DNA from: the human T2T-CHM13v2.0 reference genome, Homo sapiens | DNA length: 64,000 nt | Reading direction: 5' to 3' (one strand) | Assembly: GCF_009914755.1 (NCBI RefSeq) | Contig: NC_060946.1 | In this document: positions 32,030 through 46,482 of the stretch, piece after piece | Layout of the letters: each line of letters begins with the position of its first letter | How positions within the stretch are numbered: position 1 is the stretch's first letter | Position numbers and translations under genes: made by a program | The notes under the pieces: model-generated | Told to the model about the DNA's origin: nothing | Database searches by the model: none | Seen by the model: only the letters and a program-made list of their open reading frames with translations

Positions 32030-35000
32030 CATTTCCACTTAAGTATCTATCTCTATTTGTCCTTTATTTTCACTTCCATCCTAGCTCTATCCCTTGTCTC
32101 CTTCATGTGTCTCAGGATAAGTGTCCTATAACATTTTATATTTCTGGAAACCCTTCAGTATGAAGTTATTACATGTAAAAATAAAAAGTCTGTTTTAGCG
32201 AACTTTTTCTTCACAAATTATATTTTCCTACTTCCCTATTAGACAATTATTGTAGGCTCCATATGCTATTAATTTGTATTCACTTTTAGAAGAATTTTCA
32301 TCAAAAGCAAAAGTCTTATGTAAATTGATTATATGCTATTTATACTTCTATGTATATATACACACATAGCCACATACATATATGTAACTCCAGAGGCCTG
32401 CCTGGACTGTTTAATAATTGTATTGAACAAGAGCAAGAAAAAGCTGTTCAAATTTCAAACAACAAGTTGTACTGAAGAGCTCACATCTTTGAATTAAATA
32501 GACAATAGTAGCCTTTAAAAATTAAACATTTCTATTGTTTTAAAAAATTATAGCCATCATAGTATGAGGGAAAAATGTAATAATCTTTTTTAATTCTTGC
32601 CATTTTATTAACCACAGACTCCTTATGCCCTAACTTCATTGGTACCCCTTTGAGATTAAACAGAACACTTAATTTAAAATTCTGATAAATAAATTAATTA
32701 CACCATTTACTTGAGGTACTCTTTCACCTTTCAAGAAATATTTTGAGAATTCATTAGCTAAATATTGCTATAATGCAGGCTAGTAATAAATGGAAATAAT
32801 GAATTCATTGTAAAGTTGAAACTAATGATGGTATGATCTGGAATTTTTGTTAACTTAGAAGACATAATTAGCTTTAGAGGTGAAATGAAAGACAAAATCA
32901 CTTCACATATTAGTAAAAAACAAATAATATAACTTTATAAGCTACTGCTGTTCTTTTGCTATTAAGAACCAATGACATCTGTAATTAGGGAAGATTATGG
33001 AAAGTTAAAGATGAGAATACATGCAGTCTATCTACAGGAAACCTAAACTGTTTAGGTTAAGGAAATGTCTGAGAAAGTCATATTAATTAGCAGGTTCACA
33101 GGAAACTAACATTTATTGTATGAATTCCATGGTAAAATGTATTAGGGCTCCACGCACACAACTGTGTGCCATCTACGTTACCACACAGTGCTTACTTCTT
33201 TCAGTCTTTATTCATTTCTCTCCTAATGGTCTGTATGGTATTATTACATAGTTCTAAAAACCTTCCACGAGGCAGAAATTTCATTTAATCATATAGCTTC
33301 AAAAATAATGAAAAACAGTAGAAACTTTCTATTTTTTTATGAAGCAGAATTGTTGAATTTTCAGTTTCATTTATTTAATGTTACAAGATGACAAACATAT
33401 TTCTTTAATTCCCTCTTGTTATTTTTCTCTAACGTCAACCAAAGCCATTTCTTTCATTTGAAGGTGAAAACTGCTCATCAAAATCCAGTTTAAGCTGAGA
33501 AACAAAGAACTAAATTTTGCATGAGAGATTATACACTGCATAAGTATAAAACAGGACCAGAAACAATGGTGGATTAGCAATTTTTAAAAAGACAAAATCA
33601 GGTTATCATCAAATCAATTGTTACCAACACACCAATTCCACCTCTAGGCCAAAAAATTAGCCACTTACCCACGGGAAAAGAATGATTGAAGACAAAGTTC
33701 ACCAGTGAAAGTTGGTTATTTTTTTCCATCCTTGCATCAACTAAAATGATATCTACAGTTCCTCTTAACACTTTTCTTACTTTCAAATATGTGGGTATGC
33801 TTAATTAGCTGAGGCCATGTTCCATATGTACATCTGGCTACAAGGGAAACTGGGAATGTGAGCCCTGATCCTAATGTTTGTAGAATATTTAGAAATTTGA
33901 GAATTCCCTCCAAATAAAGAGTTTTTTAAAACATTGTTAGACAAAAGTTTGAATTACAAAATGTGGTAGTAGCTCAGGTCTAACTCAAATGCAGGGAAAA
34001 AAACTATTAACTCTAAAAAAATTAAATACATATTTGATGGTAATGAGAAACAGAAAACAGGCAGAAATAGTAGAATATTCAACCACTGATGAAGTATTTG
34101 ACCACAGAATAAAGAAAATTGCAATGATTTAAATTTGCATCAATGCAACTTCACACCTGATGACGCTTCCCAGTCTGTGCAAAATTAGATGTCTACGAGT
34201 AAAGTGGTGAGTTTTACTAGTTTGAGGAATAAGAGCACAGAGTTCCAGGCTGACAGAAAAGAAGAACTGGGAAATTTGAATGACATGGGAGGAAATCTCA
34301 TGCAACTGAAAGTCACAGAGGAGAATGTCACAGAGTAAAAAAAACTAAAATCAACACTTAAACTTCATTCAGATATGTGATGGCTGCTATATTTCACATT
34401 CATAAAAAGAGACTCCATAGAATCCAGCAGAAAACAACAGCTAAATTGTTAGTACAGAGCAGAGATTTCAACCATTACATATAGCTCAGGAGTGAAAGAT
34501 TGGTGTTTGACTACAGAAAAAAGACTAATGTTAGAAAAGGTCACTCTTCAAAGGAAAATAAAAGAACATATCTCTACAAAATATCATACACATAATCTAA
34601 CATATAATTTAACCTGCCTAGACATAGAACCAGGAAAATATGAAGCATAAAAGAAAAGTAAACAATGGATTAAAACATTGAAATGGCCCACGTGCTGGGA
34701 TTAGAAGATAAGAAATTTAAAATAAGCTATTATAAGCATATTCAAGGATTTAAGGAATAGATGGTCATAAGAGGGAATATATGGAGAATCTCAACAGAGA
34801 AGTGAAAACGATAAAGAGATAATAGGACAAATTTTAGAACTGAGAGACAGAATATCTTGCATAAAAATGTCATTGTATGCACATACAAGTAAATTAAAGA
34901 TGGCAGAAAAAACTATCAGTGCACTTAAAAACAGATCAAGAACAATTTCCCAATACGGTTAATACAAAGGAAGAAAAATAATAAAAATAGGTCCAGTCTA

Positions 35001-35929
35001 GCACTAATATAATTGGAGTCCTAGAAAGAGTAGAGAAGAAAATGAGACAGAAAAAGCTATTTGAAAAAGTAAAGATCAAAAGTTTTCCTAATTGTCAGCA
35101 TATATAAACTTACAGGTCTAAGAATCTCAAAGAACAGAATAAAAATAAAGAGAACCAAATGTAGACATACCATAGTCAAAGCACTGGGCAAAAATAGAGT
35201 AAATCTTGAAAGTAGCTAAAGGGAGGGAGAAAATAATTTACATACGTGGAAACAAATACACAGATGACCTGTCACCAGAAATGACACTTTAAAAAGCAAT
35301 GAAAGTACATCTTCAAAATAAAAAAAAAACCTGTCAACTCCAAATTCTATAACTAGAAAAAGTGATTCTTGAGAAAATAAAGATTTATTCAGATAAAAGA
35401 AAGCTTCAAACAATTGTCATTAGCAGACCTAGATGCAAGAAATGCAAATGGAAATTTTTTAGGCTAAAGAAAGATAACAACAGATGGAAATTCTGACCTA
35501 CAGGAAACAAGGAGAAGCTCTAGGAATCGCATGTGCATAAACATGAAAAACTAAGACTTTTTTCTTTTAGTTTTATAACAAACAACTGATGGTTTAAATA
35601 AAAAATTAAGTGTACTATTGATAATGTATGTAGAGTAAAATATTCTAAATTAATAGCTCTGACAGTAGACTAAACGCAACTATTTTGCCGCAACTTTTCT
35701 TTATGTTACATGAAAACATTGACTATTAACACTAAGTGGACTGCGATAAGCCCAGGATGTTTATTATAATCCTTAGAGAACCACCACATTTTATGAAGAT
35801 ATTCTTCTAAAATGCCAATAAAGGAATTAAAATCGAACGCTAAATATTGTTCAGTTAATATAAAAAGGCATGAAAGAAAGAACAGAGGAGCAAAAAATGA
35901 TGGAACAAATAGAACATAAGAGCAAAATA

Positions 35930-36228
35930 GGCTGGGCACGGTGGCTCAGCCTGTAATCCCAGAACTTTGGGAGGATGAGGCAGGTGGATCACGAGGTCAG
36001 GAGATCGAGACCATCCTGGCTAACACTGTGAAAGCCCGTCTCTACTAAAAATACAAAAATTAGCCGGGCATGGTGGCTGGCGCCTGTAGTCCCAGCTACT
36101 CCGGATGCTGAGGCAGGAAAATGGCGTGCATACAGGAGGCGAAGCTTGCAGTGAGCCGAGATCCCGCCACTGCACTCCAACCTGGGCAACAGGGCCAGAC
36201 TCCGTCTCAACAACAACAACAAAAAAAA
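35930..36228 (+). mobile_element. AluY
   Basis: GATCACGAGGTCAGGAGATCGAGACCATCCTGGCTAAC and ATGGCGTG diagnostics; (CAA)n tail; TSD-like AGCAAAATAG. Confidence 0.93.
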
Positions 36229-37589
36229 GCAAAAATAGTAGGCTTAAATCCAATCTTATCAATAATTATTTCATATGTAATTTAAATACTCCAAATAAAA
36301 CACAGATTGTCCAACTGGATAATAAAAGTACCTATAAGAGATGCATGCCAAATATTATGGTATAGATAAGTTGAGAGTAAAATAATTTCCAAGTATACCA
36401 AGGAAACAACAATAACAAGAAATTTTATGTGGCTATATTAATATAAGAAAAAGTAGACCTCCAAACAAGCACTATTACAACAGAAAGCTATTTCATAATG
36501 ATAAAATGTAAAGTAATTACGAAGACATAATGCTGTATTGCTGATAGAATAACTAAAGAAAGTTAAGATAAAATAATTTTGACAACAGCTTGACCTAATC
36601 GATATTGACCAAGACAATAGAATATATGTTCTATTATGCTACACATGAAACATTTATCAATAGGCTATAGACCACAAAATATCTCTCAAGAAGTTTCAAA
36701 ACACTGTAATCATAGAAAGTATGCTTTCTGACCATAACGATAATGAGTTGAAATGGGTAAAAACAAGCTACCCAGGAAAGTCTACACTATTGGAAGATTT
36801 AAATACACCTTAAAATGCCCTTTAGCTCAAGGAAGAAATCATAAGAAACACCTTAAAATACATTGAACTGAATACAAATAAAAACATACTATATCAAAAT
36901 GTGTGGGATAAAGTTAAGCAGACCCAGAGTAAATTTTTTGTATAAATGCTTATTCTAAAAAAGAGAAGTTCAAAATAAGTGAACTAATTTTCTACCTTAA
37001 AAAGAAAATCTAAAACAAGGGAGCAAATTAAGTCCAAAACAAGTAGAAAAAAGGAAATAAAACAGAAATTAGAAATCAATGAGACAGAAAACAGACACAG
37101 GAGAAAATTAACATGGCCAAAAGTTAGTTCTGTGAGAAAGAAAGAAAACGCAAATTATAAATATCAGGGATTAATGAGATTGTACAGTTGTAGACACAAG
37201 AGACATTAACAAGATAATGGAATACTGTGAAACATTTTATACTAATTTTCATTACTTGGATGAAAGGGTGAATTCCTTGAAAAAAACTTATAAAAAAATT
37301 CACAAGGTTAAATGGAACATATGAAGTAATTGACATTTATTAAAGTAATTAAATTAATTGTCAAATACCTGCACATAAAAACATAAAACTAAAGAAATAA
37401 AAAAATAAGCAAACTCCAGATCCAAAGAGTTTTGCTGGTGAATTCTTTCAAACATTTAAAAAAAATAAAATTTTTAAATTATTTCAGAAATAAAGAAGGT
37501 GGAAATTCCAAACTTGTTTTATGAGTCAGAATCCTGATAGCAAAACTACAAAACCCAGGAATGCAAAATTGATTTCAACTTAAAGAGCT

Positions 37590-38205
37590 ATCACCATTCT
37601 AATCTGTGATTCTAATGAATTTGGCTATCTTAGATACTTTATACAAGTGGAATCATACAGTTTGTCCTTCTGTGACTGATTTACTTTACTTAGCATTAAT
37701 GTCCTCTAGGTTCATCCATGTTGCAATATTGCCGGGCTTTCTTGTTTTAAAGCTGAATAATATTCCGTTGTATGAATATACCACATTTTTTAACTATTCA
37801 TCTGCCAATAGACATTAACCTTATTTCCACATTTTGATTAGTGTAAATAATGCTGCAATGAGCCTGAGAATCATCCCAATCTCAATTCTTTCAGATAAAT
37901 AACCTGAAGTGAGACTGCTAGATCATATGGTAGTTCTACTTTCTTAATTTTTTTGAGGAAACACCGTACTGTTTTCTATACAGGCTGCACAGTTTTACTT
38001 TCCAAGAAACACTGTGCAAGTGTTCCAATTTCTCCCAGTTGTTAACACTCGTTATCTTTTTCTTTTAATAAGACTATTCTAACAGGCTTGAGGCAATATC
38101 TCTTTGTGGTTTTGATTTGCATTTCCCTGATGATTAGTGATGCTGAGTATTTTTTTCATGTACCTGTTGTTAATTTGGATATTTTCTTTGGAGAAATATC
38201 TATTG
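37590..38205 (-). mobile_element. L1MB-type 3' fragment
   Basis: AAGTGGAATCATACAG...TTAGCATT..TGTCCTCTAGGTTCATCCATGTTG...TTGCATTTCCCTGATGATTAGTGATG. Confidence 0.8.
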
Positions 38206-39401
38206 CTGGTTTAAAAAAAAAAACTCTCAGCAAGCTAGAAAAAGAAATTTTCTCAAAGTGATGGAAAGCATCCACAACAAAACACATAAAAAATATTATA
38301 TTTAATGGTGAAAGTGTAAGTGTTTAAACCACATGGATTAGGACAAGAAAGGAATGTGTGTGCTCATCCTCTATTCAACATTGTACTGGTGATCCTAGAT
38401 TTTGAGTATAAATATTTAGGGGACAACTATTGTCACTGAAGCCCAAATCTTGGTCATCCTCAGAAAAAAAAAAAAAAGTTGATTAGGTTGTATATAATCT
38501 AATTCCACTTGCTAATTTAATTTCTCTAAAATTACAGCTTGTATCAACTCTAGAATTTATTGGGCACCTCCTAGGACATAAACACTGGAATTTGGTGAGA
38601 GACATCAAATAGGAAAGAACCTGGCTCTGACATAAATTCAACACACGGAGGGGGACACATGTTATGAGACTGACCTGGCCTCTTCATCTCATAAAACAGG
38701 TTCTTGTTGCTGGTAACACAGATTAAAACTATTTCAATTACATTCAAGATAAAAAGATTAGCAATGGTATGTAAGATGAAAAAATCACCCCGCGGGAAGA
38801 CAAAAGTCTCACAAAAGGATATTTAAACTAGCCAAAACTTTGAAATTCAGGCAGAGATCTTGCTTTCTGGGTGAACTAAAGTAGCAAGAACAAAGTAGAG
38901 GCTCCAATTTTAGGAAAAAGGGGCCCTAATAAGGTTTACAATCCAGAAACTCAAGAAATCCAGACAGAAGTATGCAGTCTCTGCTTTCAAGGCAGTAGCA
39001 GTACCTGGATTACTAAGCCAATCGCCAACACAATCATAAACACAAATTTGATTGAGGAAGAAGCTTGCTCACCAGAAGATTTAGGTTATTACAAGGTAGA
39101 ATGTGATAGAGAAAATGATCATGGGACTGGAAACAAAAGGAGGTATCCCCATGATTACAACTGGAATATATCTCTCAGAGATGGTGTGGAAATAAGACTC
39201 AAGAGAGAGATCCTTAAACCCCACGTGCCTTACATCAGGACTAATCCTGGACACAGGCTGGAAAGCATAGCCTACAGGTGGTGAGGGAGGAGGAGTGGGC
39301 TCAGCTATGAGAAGGAGAAGGAAATATGGCTGAAAACCAGATACGGGTCTTGAAATCACACAGGGGATTTGGGCCTTTTCTGCTGTCTGCCAGCAGCTGC
39401 C

Positions 39402-39525
39402 AGTAGTTCTCACACTTTGGTTGGCATCAAAATCACCTGAGGCAGTGGTGGGGAAGTCGGGGGAGTGTTGTAAAACCACAAGTGACCAGGCAAAAAGCAC
39501 CTGTATGTTTTCCAATTCAGTAAGT
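39402..39525. mobile_element. MER5-like fragment
   Basis: CAGTAGTTCTCACACTTTGG..GGCATCAAAATCACCTG terminus. Confidence 0.5.
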
Positions 39526-40639
39526 ACAGAAATATTCATTGGAAAAAGGTGGAGGTCAGACATTGATAGTGCTGTGGACTGCTCCAGGGACATAAGAATG
39601 ATTTTTAGAGAGGTGACTCTAATCAGTTGAGGGCAACCACTGGACAGAAAGAGGTCCAGACCAACAGTACACAGAGACATCATACAACTACACTTTAGCA
39701 ACCTCTCCAAATAACATGTCTCTTAGTGAAACTTGGGAGGTTGAAAGTTAAAAACATAAAATCCAGTGACATTTATGTATCCTAGGCACTTACATTTGTC
39801 TGATTCTTCCAACTTGCCTTTGCTTGGTTAGAGTTTTGGGTAGATAAGAGGTGGATTTACATGTGCTAGTGTGAGAACTTTGATACACTCATTTAGACAT
39901 TTACCTACTATCTTGATATTTGAAAGCTAAAACCCAAAGAAATTTGTCTTTTTACATAAAACAAATTCAGCCCTTACCTTCCTTATCGATTAGATCTTCC
40001 ACTAGCAGTAATAAAAAAGTAACAATATGCATAAGTCAAAGTATCTTCTTAGATCCTCTCTAGTGTTTTATTATTTAGTTGTGTTAATTAAAGTAACTGT
40101 CTCAAAATATCAAGGAACACCTGAGAAGCAATTCATGTTTAAGGGCTGCCCTCTTGTGACAATGTGTTGTATGTTTTACTGTAAAAGTAATCTTATTTTA
40201 CCTTATAATCCCTACAATCCAATTCATAACAGCATAAAAAGGAAATAAAACCTTACATAATTTTGAATTTTAAAAAGTACCTTGTTTATATGGCTTCTTT
40301 AGCTAATGAATAGTCAGTTTGGTAAATATTCCATTGAGTTGAAGGTTTGAATCCATCTCACTTAACTAGCTTGATGGCTGTATTTCTAAACTTATACAAC
40401 CCACTCCTCTGCTTTTAAAAAATTAAAGTTAGCTATAGATTGAGATGTCAGTGACACAGTTTATAGAACATAACTTAGATTGTCATCTACATTAGTGTAA
40501 CTACAAATACCACCCTCAGATGGAAGAATCAGTTTTATCAGTGAACATCTCTAATTGAACTATAAATGGTGTATGTCTTCTGGTTTTACAAGCTCTTGGT
40601 CTAACACAGGGGATATATGATGTAAAAATTACAAAGCAA

Positions 40640-40972
<333 letters not shown>

Positions 40973-41549
40973 CTATAATGTTTTGTGATGTTAAACTTTG
41001 AGAGTTTTTTTTCTTTCTTTCTTTTCCCAAGTCCCTTTCCCAGTTCCAGGAGCAGAGTTATTCTAAGCTCACTGATGTAAAGGAATAGAAAGAAAAGATT
41101 TGGTGGAAAAACTAATAACCTGCTGTCCTTTCTGTCTTTTGATTTTTTAAAGCTTGAGCATTTGGGAGAATTTGGAAAGATTGTGGAGTAAGTGCAAAGA
41201 AGGAATTTGCTAACAAAAATTATGTAGGGTAAAATGAGTTTTTTCCAGGTTAGAAAATATCCACTCCCGACACTCCTACATTCGTTTCCCATGGTTAAGA
41301 AGAGGAAAAAACAAAGGCCTCTTGGTGAGCAGTGGTGACTTAGGCAGTTTCTTGGAAATATTCTAGAAGGCATAGTCATCTTTTAAAAAAATAGCTACAA
41401 GGATATGTCTAAGCAGAAGGGACCATGGGCCAAATTACGTGTAGATTTTTGCATTCCAAATATGGTAAAGAAGAAGCAGGAAGCTGGGGGGTCTAAACAG
41501 GCCACACAGAAATGGACAAGGAAGAGGCCAGCAGCAGCTTGTGGGGACA

Positions 41550-42012
41550 AGATGTCAAGCCCCAAATGTAAAACCCACCAACCATCCTCCAAATTCTGGC
41601 TCTGTTTAACAAGGCTGTGGTCTGACACTAGATGCCGCCTCAGTGACTAAAGCATAATTCCCCGTCTCCTGGGAGTGTTGACAGCTGACTTCTGGCAACA
41701 ATACTCACAGCACAGTAAAGTTCCTTCATCCAAGTTCATGTCCCTTCTCAAGGCATCCCACATCCGAGAACTGCTTGGTACAAAAATATAATGGCCTGGT
41801 TTTATTGCTCCAATTCGAGGTCATTAGGTAAACTCACCAAGATCCCTGTAGAGTGGACTGCGACCATGATAGTGATTGCATTCCAGCCGACTTCCTGCTC
41901 CACCCAATCCTATTGCTTTCACTCTTCCACAGGTGTTGGGAATATCATTTCAACCTCCTTGCATGCAAATCTCCAACTCGGAGTCGGCTTCCTAGGACAC
42001 CTGACTGGGGAC
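41550..42012 (+). mobile_element. LTR16-like ERVL LTR
   Basis: 3' motif CCCAATCCT...TTCCACAGGTGTT...GCATGCAAATCTCC...GAGTCGGCTTCC...ACA. Confidence 0.65.
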
Positions 42013-43324
42013 ATCTCTATCACTATCACAGTACTGAGAGGGGAGCATCTTAAAATGATTGAAGGCTAACTGCCCTAACAGCACAGACAGATTGTGGCTT
42101 AAAATAGAATTTAAGTGGATTTAAAAAAAAACATGAAAAAAGTTGACATTGCACGCTCATATGAGCTTATGGATCAAACCATGCCTATGATTCCTAAGAT
42201 CCCTCGTGCAGTATATATTTGCACTGTTTATAAATGAAATCCCCTTGAATTGCATTCAGTGCAATTCAAAACAGTAATTTGTGGGAAAAATTAGATATGC
42301 AGATAGCCTGGACTCTAGAGATGCACACATCATTTGGAGAATAATAGCGAACCGGCTGGTCTATGAGGGAAGAAAACAGAGTGAATATAGACTATTAGTG
42401 AACAAGGATATTTTCCCATATATATTCAAATTAAGGTGAACTTCTTTACAGAATTATGCCTTAGAAAGAAAAAGTATTTCCCTATATTTGAGTCCTCACA
42501 AGTTTTCCTACGATGAGTGCTTTTGTGATTATTTTGAATAACAAAGTAATATTTAAAGAAACTCTCTTGCCCTGAATGTTCTTTAATTTATGTCAATTGA
42601 TGTTGCATATAGAGATCATCAGAATCAAGCTACAAGAAAAGGAGGAACATAACTTAGCAAAGACTTAGAGGATTAGTCCTAATAGTGTGAAATCAAAAGT
42701 TCAAGTGAGGGAATAAATGCAGCTTTTAATGATTACTTAAATGAAGTTTAACTCTAGCAGGATCTACAAGAAATTGGCAACCTTTGGCTTCAGTAACAGA
42801 AACTCAGGATATATGCCCTTCAGATCTTTTGGATTCTGCATCATATTGAGAGAGGCTCCTTTAAACAAGCAATAAGAAACTTCCTGTGACAACATAATAA
42901 ATTCAAAAAGTTCTGTAACTCAGACAATTTAGATAGAAGTGAGGACTTTGGCCTAGACAGCCCTGTTCACTCTAAAGATGGATTAAACAATGAAAAAGAT
43001 ACTGATATCAAAAATTCAATCAGGAATTTGATTAAAGCATTTCATTAAATGTGATAATTTCTTAGTATATTATCTTACATATGCAATATTCATGTGTAAC
43101 AAATTAAATACAAGTAAACGTTTGACCATATTATCTGCAGCATAATTTACATATCAATTTACATATTCAGTTTTGCTCACATGAAAACTTGGATCTTCTC
43201 AATAAGAAAATTTCTGAAATCTTTAATTCCTCATCCCCAGGAATGTAAATAAATAAATATAAATACTGTAAGTCAGTGATTTTTTCCTAGGAAGACAGTC
43301 AAAATACTTTACACGCCTTCTCAT

Positions 43325-43817
43325 TGTAAACCTAAATAACAGAGAAAGGCTCTCTAAAGGAAAAAGACATATCTTAGGGAGGAGGGCACTGCGATGGGAA
43401 TATGCATGACAAAGCAAACTATGTAGATTCAAATGGTAAAGGAAGACAAGGTCTTTAAAAGAAAAACGATCAACCTGGAATTATGGGGGAGTAGAAAAAA
43501 ATAAATAAAGGAAAAATGAAGAGGCTTATATAATTGTTTTGTTATAGTTATCTTTGACTATAAAGATCCACAACAAGGTCAATGTCAGTTGAAGTTTTGG
43601 CAGGCCGTTGCTGTATAGATGTCCTCACAGAAGTGTATTTTGTGTAAGGTTGCTATGGCTTTTGTGCAAGGTTGTGGTTTTTGTGGTATTTTGTGATAGT
43701 TTTTATCAGGCCTAGAAGCATGAGAACCCTCTCTTCAAGGCCTTCTCTGAATCTATTTTACCCTGGTTTTTCTTTTCTTTTTAAAGATTAGTGACAGTTT
43801 TGATTCTGACAACTTTT
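43325..43817 (-). mobile_element. ERV1 solo LTR (MER67-like)
   Basis: Reverse strand begins AAGTTGTCAGAATCAAAA...GTCACTAAT and contains AAAAACCACAACCTTGCACAAA. Confidence 0.65.
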
Positions 43818-44079
43818 ATATCATGATCCCTAATTTCAAAAAAAATTAAACGTGTAACTTATTTATGATGTATTTGATAGGCTTGGATTTATGAATCACC
43901 TCTACTGTCTATAGTGGTAGATATATCTGAGCCTACTTACACAGGACTTCCATCAGATTCTCTCTTCAGTGGAATTGGAAGAGGGGGTTTTGGAGAAGGG
44001 GATGAAGGAATTGTGCTGCATCAGAGGTCCCCACCTAACAGCACAGGGCCTTTTTCTGTGCTCTTGCCAGGCCGTTGTA

Positions 44080-44124
44080 TTGGCTGATGCAAAAGTAATT
44101 TTGGTTTTGTCATTGAAAGTAATG
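44080..44124. mobile_element. Half MADE1 (Hsmar1 MITE)
   Basis: TTGGCTGATGCAAAAGTAATTTTGGTTTTGTCATTGAAAGTAATG: one TIR plus the spacer. Confidence 0.7.
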
Positions 44125-44537
44125 AGACCATCTGACTCACAATGTCTGTGCCGTAACCAGCTCCTAATAGCCTCCGAGGACAGCTTTGCCCTGACATATA
44201 CTGTCCTGGAACCACGTCTGCTTTGTAACTCCTGAGGTAGCTGCCACCATGACCAATGCCTTCTAATCTTTACTCTACATGCAGGTAACAGTTATAACTA
44301 TATCTCTGCGTATTCACAGAACATTTAGTACATCTGGGACTTCTACAAAATTTCCCTAGTTGATTTTGGTGTTCTAGTGTCCTGGCAGCTCTAGCCATGA
44401 AGGGATGATGCTTTATCAGCATTTCTGTTGAGTTTTTTGCTTTTTCTCACAAGCTGATTCCACTTTTCCCACATACGTTTGACAATTCATTTGAACTCAT
44501 TTATTCTAAACCCATTATTTTTTGTCTATTATTTAAT

Positions 44538-44725
44538 AGGGAGGGGGGCGAGGGATAAAAGATTACAAATAGGATGCAGTGTACACTGTTCGGGTGATGG
44601 GTGCACCCAAATCTCACAAATAACCAGTAAAGAACTTATTCGTGAAACCGAATACCACCGTACCCCAATAACCTATGGGAAAAAAATAAAAAATAAAATA
44701 AAAAAGAGTCAGAAAAAAAGAAAAC
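44538..44725 (+). mobile_element. L1PB-type 3' end
   Basis: GAGGGATAAAAGATTACAAAT...TCGGGTGATGGGTGCACC...AAAGAACTTA, with an A-rich tail. Confidence 0.85.
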
Positions 44726-45059
44726 AATCACTGTACTTACCATGACACTTAGAAATGGTGACTAGCATTATTTGTGTCACCTAATAATATTATTATTTTT
44801 TCTTTATGCTACAAACTAGCTCTGCTATTACAATCACTACTATTTGAAGTGTTGCTAAATTAAATTGAATTTATTGTATCCTTCTGGACTCAGAAATGGG
44901 GGTAAATGTTAAGACAATTTCAGAATATGATCACATATTAAAAGCATGTTATATGGGGAAAATGTGATTTTTAAAAAATAGAAATTGGTAGAGAAACAGT
45001 TTTTTAGTCCAATTTCCGCACATTTTGCAAGTATGGATGCTGACTTTCTTGATCCAAAT

Positions 45060-45298
45060 GATTGTTTTCAAGCATGTTTGTATAGAAAACAGCCTTGGAA
45101 TAGAAAACCAGTACCTCCTTCTGGAACAAAGGAAAAGTTTATTTACTGTCTAGTATAATGCAGATAATTTCTCCCTCTTGGGAAGGGTACAGCCAAGTGA
45201 ACTTCCCATAATACAAGTTGGGGTTTCTTGAGCTTGGGTTTTTCTTCCACAGTGTAATGTGCAGGTGCCACTTGGCTCTCTTTGTGTTATCCTGGGAA
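45060..45298 (+). mobile_element. MER76/MER77-like ERVL LTR fragment
   Basis: TGTTTGTATAG.AAACAGCCTTGGAA...CTGGAACAAAGG motif. Confidence 0.5.
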
Positions 45299-45304
45299 AG
45301 CTGA

Positions 45305-46092
45305 TGGCTATAGGTGCATGTTTATTTTGGGGTTCTCTATTCTGTTTCATTGGTCTTTGTGTCTGTTTTCATATCGCTACCATGCTATTTTGTCTACTGT
45401 GGCCTTAAGGTATAGTATGAAGTCAAGTAATGCGATGTCTCCAGCTTTGTTCTTCTTGCTTAGGTTTCCTTTGGTTGTCTGGGCTCCTTAAAAATCCATA
45501 TGAAATTTAGAATAGTTTTTTTCTAATTCTGTGAAAAACGACATTGGTTGTTTCATAGGAATAATGTTGAATGTGTAGATTGCTTTTGGCAGTATAGCCA
45601 TTTTAACAATATTGATCTTTCTAATCCATGAGTATGGAATTGTTTTCCATTTGTTTTGTCATCTATGATTTCTTTCTGCAGTGTTTTGTAGTTCTCCTTT
45701 TAGATATCCTTTAACTCCTTGCTTAGACATATTCTTCTTTTATTTTATTTTATTTTATTTTGGGGGTTGCTGTTGTAAACAGGATTGTACTCTTGATTTA
45801 CCTCTCAGTTTAAACATTTTTGGTGTACAGAAATACTACTTCTTTTATATGTTGATTTTTTTATCCTGAAACTTCGCTGAAGTTTTTTATCAGTTCTAGG
45901 AGCCTTTTCGCACAGTCTTTAGGGTTTTCTAGGTGTAGAATCATATCATCAGTGAAGAGAGATAATTTGACTTCATTTCCTATTTGGATGCCTTTTATCT
46001 CTTTCTCTTGCCTGATTGCTCTGGCTAGGACTTGTTGAACAGGAGTGGTGAGAACAGGCATCCCTATTTTATTCGTGTTCTTAAGGGGAATG
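45305..46092 (-). mobile_element. Old L1 (L1PB/L1MA) ORF2 fragment, host of the ERV nest
   Basis: ORF 45861-46061: [31 protein letters not shown] (RT). Confidence 0.85.
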
Positions 46093-46379
46093 TGTTGGGA
46101 GAAAAGCTGAGTGTTGGAAGAGAAGCTGAGGAAGGGCCATATGTTTCTCGTTCACTTGATACACCGTTTCCTTTCAACCCCCACATCCTCACCACCTGTT
46201 TCTTTGTTTGAGCACCAATAAATAACATGGGCTCCCAGAGCTTGGGGACTTTGCAGACTCCACACTCGTGATGGTCCCCTGGTCCCACTTTCTCTCTCAA
46301 ACTGTCTTTTTCTCATTCCTTTGACTCCGCTGGACTTCGTCACCCCCATGACCTAGTGTTGGGTCTGATCACCCCAACA
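46093..46379 (+). mobile_element. LTR14A-like 5' LTR of HERV-K14 (HML-1), with an apparent internal deletion
   Basis: TGTTGGGAGAAAAGCTGAGTG...CACCCCAACA termini, internal AATAAA, and a PBS immediately downstream. Confidence 0.85.
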
Positions 46380-46383
46380 TTCC

Positions 46384-46401
46384 TGGTGCCCAACATGGGG
46401 C
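46384..46401 (+). promoter_or_regulatory. tRNA-Lys primer binding site
   Basis: TGGTGCCCAACATGGGGC versus TGGCGCCCAACGTGGGGC (two CpG transitions). Confidence 0.9.
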
Positions 46402-46482
46402 GACAAAGACCCCGGTGAAGGAAGGCTAGAGCATATGAAAGCAGAGGACACATCATCAAAAGACACCCGAGGACATACAAAG

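Larger units (their letters stand above)
34300..38400 (+). mobile_element. Old mammalian L1M (ORF1 and ORF2 relics) interrupted by an AluY and an antisense L1MB
   Basis: ORF1-like segment at about 34700-35460 (AATTGGAGTCCTAGAAAG). ORF2-like segments at 36240-37570 and 38215-38400 (CTATTCAACATTGTACTGG). Confidence 0.7.

Noticed and set aside
39081-39710. 209-aa minus-strand ORF, the longest not obviously from L1 or ERV
   Set aside because: It has a non-ATG start, crosses a MER5-like relic, shows no recognisable domain and has a Ser/Leu-rich composition typical of chance ORFs.
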